Source: Planctomycetota bacterium
GTDB lineage: Bacteria; Planctomycetota; PLA2; JAEUHO01
DNA length: 64,000 nt
Direction: 5' to 3'
Assembly: GCA_050248855.1 (NCBI GenBank)
Contig: JBFWRP010000018.1
Coordinates: forward strand, 1 to 64,000
In this document: positions 51,734 to 59,446 of the stretch, one piece after another
How positions within the stretch are numbered: the stretch's first letter is position 1
Layout of the letters: the number at the start of each line of letters is the position of its first letter
Made by a program: the position numbers and the translations under genes
The notes under the pieces: model-generated
Seen by the model: the letters and a program-made list of their open reading frames with translations, nothing else
What the model was told of the DNA's origin: nothing
Database searches by the model: none

Positions 51734-54700
51734 TGCGTCGCATCGTCGCTGGGTTGCCCGTCGTGGTGGCTCTGGCCGCCATCATCTGGTTGCTGGCAGG
51801 AAGGCCGAGCGGCTCGGGCGAATCCGTGTCCGACATGCAGCAGGAGCAGTCCGCCGGAGGCGACGCGCGGCATGAGGCCGAGCCTCTCGAGGGCACGGAC
51901 CCGGCCACCGAACCGCCCGCTGGCCTGCGGGAAACGGCCCCCGAGCTGGCTCACGCGGACATCCGCGGCATCGTGCGCGACGATGCGACGGGGGAACCGC
52001 TCGCAGGGGTGAAGGTGCTGGCTTGTGCTTCATGGGGCCCAGGGCCTCGCGTGCGGCAGACCCTCACCGACGGCGAAGGGCGCTACGAGCTCACGCTGCG
52101 CCAGGGCAACTGGAAGCTCACGACGTGGCACCCTGGCTACGTCCCGGCCGGCTTGGCGCATGCGCTCGCCAACGAGTACGGCGAGGGATGGCCGATGGAT
52201 CTCCACGTCCACGTGAGCCCGGCGGGCACGTCGACCACACCCGAGGAGATTCGCCTCTCGCCTGGCACTCCGTTCGACATCCGCGTCGTGGACGAACGCG
52301 GCCAGCCCGTGCCCCGCGCACGCATCCATCGCCGGGGTCGGGCGGAGTCACGCGCGATCGCGGCATTCGGCTGGGAGGACGGCGCCGGCCCCTGGGAGGA
52401 GCTGACGTCGCTGGTTGCCGACAACGCGGGCAGGTGCTCTCTGGCGGTGTTGCCCCCGACCATCCCCGAGCTCGAGCTGGCGGCGACGGCACCCGGGATG
52501 GTCGGCGCATGGCAGAGGCTTCCTGCCAACGGCCCCTGGGCCATGACCCTCATCGTCCGCAGACCCGCCACCGTCTCGGGTCGGGTCGCACACGCCGATG
52601 GCAGCCCGGCCGTGGGCCTGTGGGTCACGGTGCCGACCCCCCAGGACTTCACGGGCGCGGCACCGGAGGGAGCACGATTCACGGACACGGCGCGAAGCGC
52701 TTGGCTCGAGGACGACGCCGGTGTGCAGACTGACGATGAAGGGAAGTTCACGGTGACCGGATGCGCGCCGGGGAGCGACTGCATTGGCGTCCTCCGGCTG
52801 GAACCCCTGGAGCACGTGTCGACCACGGCCCTGCCGCCTCTCGTCGCGGGCGAGACGCAAAGTGGTGTCGAGCTGGTGATTCCGCGCAAGTACGTACTTC
52901 GCATTCGCGTGGCCAGTGGTGGCGTAACGAGTCGCAACGGCGAGAGTTTCCGGGTCAGCAGGGTCGGGTTGGACCTGGATGGCAGCAAGTCGTGGAGGCA
53001 CGTGCGCACGCACGACAAGCCCACGGTGGCGATCTCGCTGGATTCACCCGGACCCTGGGAGGTCGATCGCAGCACACCCGCTGGCTGGCAGCGTGTGCTG
53101 GCGTCCGTGAGGCTGCCGGCCGACGAACAGGTTGTTGACCTCGAACCCATTGCGGAGCCAATCCTGTGGATCGAGGCCGTGCGTCCGGATGGCTCACGCG
53201 TCGAACACTTCGAAGTGGAAACATGGTCACTCGCGGGCGCCCGGGATCTGGCCAAGAGTGACCACCTCCGGTCGGCCACCACGCGGGATGGGCGACTGCA
53301 AGTCCGGGTCGTCGGTGGACTGCCCGCCGCACTCCGCGTCGAGGGCCACCTCGAGCGCGACGATGCTCGACCACGCGATCGCCAGGATCTGGACGCCATG
53401 CGAGGCTTCGTTCGCGTAGCCGAGCCTCCCGCCTCCGGCACCCTCCGAGTGGTCCTGGGTCAACCGCACGAGCTCGTGGGAAGGGTGCTGGCACCCGACG
53501 GCCAGGGCGTTGCCAGTTGTGACGTCGAGGTCAGCCAGGGTAGGCGGCGCATGGTCGCAGAACGTCATCGAACCGATTCGAGCGGGCGGTTCATGGTGTC
53601 CGTCCGACCGGGGACGGAGGTCGTGGACGTACGCGTCACGCCTCCGGCAGCCTTCCTTGCACCCGCTCCGGTAGAGCACTCGATGCTCGACGGCCCCCTG
53701 ACCGTCCACGTCCGCGCTGCGCTGCCCCTGGAAGGCCGGATCGAAGTCCCGGCGGGCGTGCGCTTCACCGGGAACGAGCAGGCGGTCGTGTGCTGGGGTA
53801 TGGGCGAGGAGGACCGAAGCAAGTTCGGCGGCGCAACCGTCCAGCTCGACGTGGACGGCAGCTTCCGGTTTCCATCCCTGCCCAGCGACACGGACATCGA
53901 GTGGAGCTACAGAGGCCGCGTGCTGGAGCGTGAGGGGTTGCTCATCGAGCCTCCGACACGCACGACGCGTGCCGGGCAACTCTTGGTCGTCGGGGTGGTT
54001 TCCGGACGGTTCATCGAGGGTCGCGTCGAAGCCCGCACGCTGCCGGATCTTCTGAATGTCTCCGCAAGCCCCAAGCTTGCGCTGGCCCGTGGAAAGGCCG
54101 CTGGCGTGGATGGGTCCGGACGGTTCCGGATCGGCCCCCTCCTCCCAGGCCCGTACCGCATCCGTCTGCACAACGGCCGTGCCGGGGGCGCTGTCCTCGA
54201 CGAGACCCAAGGCCACGCGGGCGACACGGATGTCCTCCTCCAGGCCCCCGAGCTGGACTGGCTCGAGCTGCGCTGCCCCACGGGTCGCTCCGGCTATCAC
54301 GCCAACGCCTACGTTGCCGCAACGCATGAGTTCGCCGGGCGCGCCCGGGCGGGCGAGGACGGCGTGCTGCGGCTGCGACTCCCGACAGGGCGTCGCTACG
54401 ACGTCGCGGTCACCACGGAGAGCGACCAACGAACCAACACGCCGCTGGCGGGTCACGTCGCAGGTCTCGAACCCGGGACGACACACGAGGTCGAGCTCGT
54501 ACCCACGCTGCCTCTCGCGGGCCCGATCCAGTCCCAGGGCGAGTGGCGCTGGTATCGACTGGCTGCGCGCCAGGGCTCCGCGCGCTTCGCACTGATCCAA
54601 CAGGGCTACGAGCGCTTCTTCGCCTACCTCCCGCCTGGTCGATACGACCTCGTCAGCCAGGACGCCGACGGCGTCGAGCAGGTCCACGCCCGCAACATCG

Positions 54701-54738
54701 AGGCCGGCCGCGTTGACGTCGTGCTCGAGCTTCGCTGA
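51733..54738 (+). CDS. carboxypeptidase-regulatory-like repeat protein, array copy 7
   Basis: TGATG coupling to copy 6; same architecture; PGRYDLV. Confidence 0.8.
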   Translation: MRRIVAGLPVVVALAAIIWLLAGRPSGSGESVSDMQQEQSAGGDARHEAEPLEGTDPATEPPAGLRETAPELAHADIRGIVRDDATGEPLAGVKVLACASWGPGPRVRQTLTDGEGRYELTLRQGNWKLTTWHPGYVPAGLAHALANEYGEGWPMDLHVHVSPAGTSTTPEEIRLSPGTPFDIRVVDERGQPVPRARIHRRGRAESRAIAAFGWEDGAGPWEELTSLVADNAGRCSLAVLPPTIPELELAATAPGMVGAWQRLPANGPWAMTLIVRRPATVSGRVAHADGSPAVGLWVTVPTPQDFTGAAPEGARFTDTARSAWLEDDAGVQTDDEGKFTVTGCAPGSDCIGVLRLEPLEHVSTTALPPLVAGETQSGVELVIPRKYVLRIRVASGGVTSRNGESFRVSRVGLDLDGSKSWRHVRTHDKPTVAISLDSPGPWEVDRSTPAGWQRVLASVRLPADEQVVDLEPIAEPILWIEAVRPDGSRVEHFEVETWSLAGARDLAKSDHLRSATTRDGRLQVRVVGGLPAALRVEGHLERDDARPRDRQDLDAMRGFVRVAEPPASGTLRVVLGQPHELVGRVLAPDGQGVASCDVEVSQGRRRMVAERHRTDSSGRFMVSVRPGTEVVDVRVTPPAAFLAPAPVEHSMLDGPLTVHVRAALPLEGRIEVPAGVRFTGNEQAVVCWGMGEEDRSKFGGATVQLDVDGSFRFPSLPSDTDIEWSYRGRVLEREGLLIEPPTRTTRAGQLLVVGVVSGRFIEGRVEARTLPDLLNVSASPKLALARGKAAGVDGSGRFRIGPLLPGPYRIRLHNGRAGGAVLDETQGHAGDTDVLLQAPELDWLELRCPTGRSGYHANAYVAATHEFAGRARAGEDGVLRLRLPTGRRYDVAVTTESDQRTNTPLAGHVAGLEPGTTHEVELVPTLPLAGPIQSQGEWRWYRLAARQGSARFALIQQGYERFFAYLPPGRYDLVSQDADGVEQVHARNIEAGRVDVVLELR

Positions 54739-54787
54739 AGCGAATCCACCCGAGGCGGGCCCAGGGCGACGCTCGTAGACTTGCCCC

Positions 54788-55446
54788 ATGGGTCGCTGGG
54801 GGTCTTGGCCTGCTGCTGATCTGCGCCGCGGGGCTCGCGGTGTGGAGCATCGTTGGTGGACCCGCTCGGTCTCCTCGGCCGACTGTGGCTCTCTCAGGCG
54901 CGCAGCCGGCTACTGCTCGACCGTGTCATCGCCCAAGTAGGTGACGCAGAGACCGTTCTGCGCGTTCCGGAGCTTGGCGTCGTCACGTTCCAGCTCCCGA
55001 CGGACACCAGCCCGTTGAGCATCGATGGCATCCGGGACGATGTGCACACACCTCCGTTGACGTGCTGGAACCTGGAGGGAGGGCTCCAGCGCGTGCTCGT
55101 CGTGAAGGACGCGACCTATTCGCTGCGCGTCCACAATCCAAGTGACCTCATACCTCTCGGTGCGCTGGTGCGGGGCGGGGCCGGCGACACGATCCGGCCC
55201 CGGCTTGCCGGCGGCATGCGGCTACGGGTTCATGTGGAGGGGAAGGTGATTCCCGCGATGTGGGACGTGGTTGCGCGCAGTGGCGACAAGGAGTGCGCAC
55301 TGGAGTCGATCGGCCGCAGTCAGTTCGACCTGGATCTCCCGCTCGACGAGTACGACGTCGTCGTCGTTCAGTTGTCCAGGAACGAGATTGTCCTGGGGCG
55401 AGGTCTTCGCCCCACTGGAAACTGGCATCACCTGAACTGGCCGTAG
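54788..55446 (+). pseudogene. frameshifted, internally deleted eighth array copy
   Basis: ATG 54788 with one G removed from the G5 run (54798-54802) gives MGRWGLGLLLICAAGLAVWSIVGG. From ~54915 another frame encodes the family's C-terminal region (LLDRVIAQVGDAETVL...EYDVVV...VLGRGLRP). Confidence 0.65.
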
Positions 55447-55464
55447 CCCACCTTGCCGGGAGAT

Positions 55465-56805
55465 CTACTCGGCGGGGATCTCCACCCGCCGATCGAACAG
55501 CAGCGTCGTGTCGCAGCGGTAGTCGTAGGTGTCGAGCATCACGGCCAGGCTCGGCGGGGGCATCGACTCGTGCGCGGCGTCACCGGTCTTGACGATGAGC
55601 TTCTTGGCGTCGCCGAGCATGGTGGGGTTGAGGAGGATCGTGAAGTCCTCGGGGAAGGCGCCCGTCACCTCGAGGGTCACGACCAAGGAGTCGTCCTCAC
55701 GTTTCTTGGTGGCGCGCACCTGCATGAGGTCGGCGGGGCGCTCGCAGCCGAGCCAGTAGAGGCCGCGCTGCTGGAGGCGCGTGGTCTTGTCCTCCGCATC
55801 CGGCAGTGGGTAGGGGTTCTCGGCGTACTCCCACACGATCGTGTTGGGGAAGGCGTTTCGGCGAACGGCAGTGACGGTCTCGATGCCCTTTCCGGGCTCG
55901 CCGGGCGGGAAGGCGTGCGCGAGGTCGGGGTGGCGCGTGAAGGTGACGCCGCCGTAGCCCTCAGGATCGGTCTCGCGCAGCGCTTCGATCATCTGCCACG
56001 CTCGCGTGAACGTGCCGGGCTCGCAGTTCGTGTCGTTCTCGCCCGTGTACATGTAGACGACCAGATTGCGGAGGTTGGGGACCAAGCCGTACTGCACTGG
56101 CCCCACGTCGTCGGGATTGGCCTTCTTGACGGACTCCGCCATCATCACGCCGTGCGCGGGGATCGCGCCGGCGAACAAGTCGGGCCAGCGCGCCGCCATG
56201 TGGAACGATCCCGTTCCACCCATGCTGAAGCCCATCACGTAGACGCGGTCGGGGTCGACCTCCTCGCGGGCCTTGGCGAGGTCGATCAGGGTCAGCGCGA
56301 AGCGCTCGCCGTGGACGGTGTTCCACGTGTCGCTGACCAAGTGGACGCCCTGCGGGTAGTAGCAGAGGTGCTTGGCGACCGGCCAGTTGCTCGCGGACTC
56401 GCTGCTGCTCCCGGCGCCCTCGCCCCCACCATGGAGGCCGAGGACGAAGCCGCTCTTGCTGCCGCCGCGCCCCTTGCTGATCCACGTCGCCTCGCCGTAA
56501 GGCGTGGGCATCGCGTCCTTCCACTTGGGAGCGGCCTTCTTGGCGTGCTTGGCGATCAGGTCGCGCAGGGTCTCGAAGCTGCCTTCCGGAATGGGAAAGG
56601 CCGCGGCCTTCTCCAGGAGCTCCTTGCGCTTGGCCGGGTCCCAGGCGTCGAACCGCGACCAGGGACGCGCGTCCAGGAACTCTTTGATCAGGCTCTCCGC
56701 CTTGCGCTTGTCGAGCTTGCCCTCGGGAGCGGCCGTACCGAGGCCGGTCGGCAGCAGGCACGCGGCCGCAAGGAGCGCGGGCAACAGGCAGCGGAGGATA
56801 CGCAC
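55465..56805 (-). CDS. secreted alpha/beta hydrolase (esterase/peptidase S9-like)
   Basis: Signal peptide, GLHGGG, VDPDRVYVMGFSMGG, GEND, LAH. Confidence 0.85.
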   Translation of the reverse strand: MRILRCLLPALLAAACLLPTGLGTAAPEGKLDKRKAESLIKEFLDARPWSRFDAWDPAKRKELLEKAAAFPIPEGSFETLRDLIAKHAKKAAPKWKDAMPTPYGEATWISKGRGGSKSGFVLGLHGGGEGAGSSSESASNWPVAKHLCYYPQGVHLVSDTWNTVHGERFALTLIDLAKAREEVDPDRVYVMGFSMGGTGSFHMAARWPDLFAGAIPAHGVMMAESVKKANPDDVGPVQYGLVPNLRNLVVYMYTGENDTNCEPGTFTRAWQMIEALRETDPEGYGGVTFTRHPDLAHAFPPGEPGKGIETVTAVRRNAFPNTIVWEYAENPYPLPDAEDKTTRLQQRGLYWLGCERPADLMQVRATKKREDDSLVVTLEVTGAFPEDFTILLNPTMLGDAKKLIVKTGDAAHESMPPPSLAVMLDTYDYRCDTTLLFDRRVEIPAE

Positions 56806-56871
56806 GGTCGGATCCTACCCACGGAGCGGCGCGCACGCGCACCCGCGTGGATCGCGGCCCGCCCCGCGGAG

Positions 56872-57456
56872 CGCGATCCCTCCGTGTCAGGCACCTTGCC
56901 CACGTTGCCGCTACGCGGCGCCGCGGCAAGGGTCCTGACACATCCGGGTTCGCGAGGCGCGCGGAGGTGTCTGAACCTGCGCCTCGGAGCGATAGCGACG
57001 GTGGCGCAGTGTCAGACACCGAAGTGCGACGGTCGCCAACCATCGGACCGCGACCCCTCCGTGTCAGGCACCTTGCCCACGTTGCCGCCTCGGTCAACGG
57101 CGAGTCTCAGATGTGCCTTGCGTTGCCCGTACAGGGACGACGCTCTCGCTTCCGTTCCGCGCTCCCGCGCGGAGTGTGCGCTCAGGCTCCGCCCTCGCGG
57201 CATGGGTGCTAGTCCCTACCACCCCTGCGCCCCTCACGGTGCGGCGCCGCGGCAAGGGTCCTGACACATCCGGGCTCGCGAGGCGCGCGGAGGTGTCTGA
57301 ACCTGCGCCTCGGAGCGATAGCGACGGTGGCGCGGTGGCAGACACCGAAGTGCGACGGTCGCCAACCATCGGACCGCGACCCCTCCGTGTCAGGCACCTT
57401 GCCCACGTTGCCGCTACGCGGCGCCGCGGCAAGGGTCCTGACACATCCGGGCTCGC
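56872..57456. repeat. 177-bp tandem repeat built from palindromic REP-like modules, interrupted by a ~152-bp insert
   Basis: CCCTCCGTGTCAGGCACCTT at 56878, 57055, 57381; GCGGCGCCGCGGCAAGGG at 56915, 57241, 57418; GTGTCAGG/CCTGACAC and GGTGTCTGA/TCAGACACC inverted pairs. Confidence 0.9.
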
Positions 57457-57565
57457 TCGCCGTTGAGTCGCGACCCCCGTGAGGGGTGCAGGGGTGGTGC
57501 GGAACCAGCACCCCTGCCGCGAGGGCGTAGCCGGAGCGCCGAGTCCGCGCGGGAGCGCGGAACGG
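57152..57565. repeat. imperfect ~88-bp inverted repeat pair (57152-57239 and 57477-57565)
   Basis: CCGTTCCGCGCTCCCGCGCGGA...CCCCTCACGG versus CCGTGAGGGG...TCCGCGCGGGAGCGCGGAACGG. Confidence 0.88.
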
Positions 57566-57693
57566 ACTCATGGGACCAGCGGTACGTGAGAGCCGATGCG
57601 GGCGCGGGCCCGAGCAGCTGGCGAGCCGTCCCCCGCACCCCGGGGGGTGAACGCCAACCCGCCCGGCTACACTCCGCGGGCGGAGGGCCGCGC

Positions 57694-59253
57694 GTGCAGT
57701 TCGGGTTCGTCATCGACCATTCCCGGTGCATCGGGTGCCACGCCTGCACCGTGGCCTGCAAGGCCGAGAACGACGTCCCGGTCGGCAGCTTCCGGACCTG
57801 GGTCAAGTACACCGAGACGGGTGCCTTCCCGTCGGTCAAGCGCCACTTCGCCGTGCTGCGCTGCAACCAATGCACGGCGGCACCCTGCGTCACGATCTGC
57901 CCGGTCACGGCGCTCGACAAGCGGCCCGACGGCATCGTCGACATCGACCCCGACCGCTGCATCGGCTGCAAGAGCTGCATGCAAGCGTGTCCCTACGACG
58001 CCCTCTACATCCACGAGGACCTGGGCACCGCCCAGAAGTGCCACTTCTGCGCGCACCGCACCGAACGGGGCATGGCCCCGGCGTGCGCCATCGTCTGCCC
58101 GACCGAGGCGATCATCCCCGGCGACTTCGACGACCCCACCAGCCGCGTCGCCAAGCTGAAGGCCGCCGGTGCCTTGGAGTTCCGCAAGACGGAGGCCGGC
58201 ACGGGCCCCAACGTGGGCTACGTCGAGGCCGACCCCTCCACGCTGGACCCGGGCCTCACCAACCTCTCGGGCGGCTTCCTGTGGTCCAACCAGGTGCCGG
58301 GTCTCACGCTGGACGCGGAGGCCTGGCGCGCCGCCTTCGACGAAGCCGCCGCCCGCACCACCTACGACGTCCAGGTGCCCATGCACTGGGGCTGGAAGGT
58401 GTGGACGTACCTGTTCACCAAGTCGATTGCCGCGGGCGTCGCCCTGGCGCTGGCCGTGCTGCTTCCCTTCGCACACTTCGAGAGCATCACGAACCGTGCC
58501 GCGGGCATCCTCGGACTCGTCGGCCTGGCCGCGCTCGGAGTCACCGCGGCGCTGCTGGTGGCCGACCTCAAGAGGCCCGAGCGCTTCCTCACGATCCTGC
58601 TACGACCGCAGTGGGACTCGTGGCTCACCCGCGGTGCCGTCCTGCTGACGCTGTACGGCGCCGCGCTCGCAGCGTGCACCGCGCGTTGGCTGCTCGCGTC
58701 GGCCGGCGACACGCTGGTCGCCTCCACCGAGGTCTTCTGGCTCGTGCCCACGGCCGTGCTCGGTGCGTTGGCCGCCGTCTACACGGCGTGGCTCTTCGCC
58801 CAGTGCAAGGCGCGCGTCCTGTGGATGAAGCGCGGGCTCGCGCTGCACCTCTTGGCCCAGGCGTTCCTCGCCGGTGCAGCGACGGTGCTCGTCCTGGCGC
58901 CGCTGCTCGACCTCGTGGGCGTGACGTTGGGCGAGTACGTGGTGTTCGGCCTGCGTCTGACCGCACTGGCGGCCTTGATCGCTCACATGATGCTCATCGC
59001 CCACGAGCCGCACGCCGCGCCCGCCGGACGCCGCGCCGAGTACGCCCGCACGATGGCACTCGTGCTCGAGGGGCCCTACGCCAACGAGCGCCGCTGGCTG
59101 GGCATCCGCGTGGGTGTGGCCCTGGCCGCGGCATTCCTCCTGCTGCCCGGCGGCCCCTGGCTCTGGGCGTTGGGCGGCCTCGCGGCCCTCGTTGGTCTGT
59201 TCGCCGAAGAGCGCTTGCTGGTTCGCGCCGGCCAGACGCTCCCGATCCACTAA
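57694..59253 (+). CDS. 4Fe-4S (NrfC/PsrB-like) domain fused to an NrfD/PsrC-like membrane domain
   Basis: CIGCHACTVAC, CNQC...PCV.ICP, CIGCKSC..ACP, KCHFC..R...PAC..VCP, then HWGW...YLF, ADL.RPERF, SWL.RG and multiple TMs; RBS GGAGG. Confidence 0.92.
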   Translation: MQFGFVIDHSRCIGCHACTVACKAENDVPVGSFRTWVKYTETGAFPSVKRHFAVLRCNQCTAAPCVTICPVTALDKRPDGIVDIDPDRCIGCKSCMQACPYDALYIHEDLGTAQKCHFCAHRTERGMAPACAIVCPTEAIIPGDFDDPTSRVAKLKAAGALEFRKTEAGTGPNVGYVEADPSTLDPGLTNLSGGFLWSNQVPGLTLDAEAWRAAFDEAAARTTYDVQVPMHWGWKVWTYLFTKSIAAGVALALAVLLPFAHFESITNRAAGILGLVGLAALGVTAALLVADLKRPERFLTILLRPQWDSWLTRGAVLLTLYGAALAACTARWLLASAGDTLVASTEVFWLVPTAVLGALAAVYTAWLFAQCKARVLWMKRGLALHLLAQAFLAGAATVLVLAPLLDLVGVTLGEYVVFGLRLTALAALIAHMMLIAHEPHAAPAGRRAEYARTMALVLEGPYANERRWLGIRVGVALAAAFLLLPGGPWLWALGGLAALVGLFAEERLLVRAGQTLPIH

Positions 59254-59446
59254 GGACCCGTCCGGGAACAGCCTTGCACATCTTGCACTCATCTTCGCGC
59301 CATCTGAGGCCCCTCCTTCCTCGCGGATTCCTCGGAGTGGACGGACCACGCCTGCGGATCCGCTCAGTCGTCGTGCCCGCATCTGGCATGAAGCTGAGCG
59401 CCTTCTGTACAAGTTGTTCCCTGCCGAGTCCCTGGGGAGCCCATCC

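Noticed and set aside
33429..55446. Diversity-generating retroelement or shufflon driving the array
   Set aside because: No reverse transcriptase, recombinase or near-identical template/variable repeats were seen in the window.
56872..57565. CRISPR array
   Set aside because: The period is 177 bp with near-identical intervening sequence, there are no unique spacers, and no cas genes are present.
59114..59446. N-terminal extension of the molybdoenzyme containing RR
   Set aside because: It overlaps the NrfD gene and lacks a hydrophobic core after the RR; the RBS supports ATG 59447.
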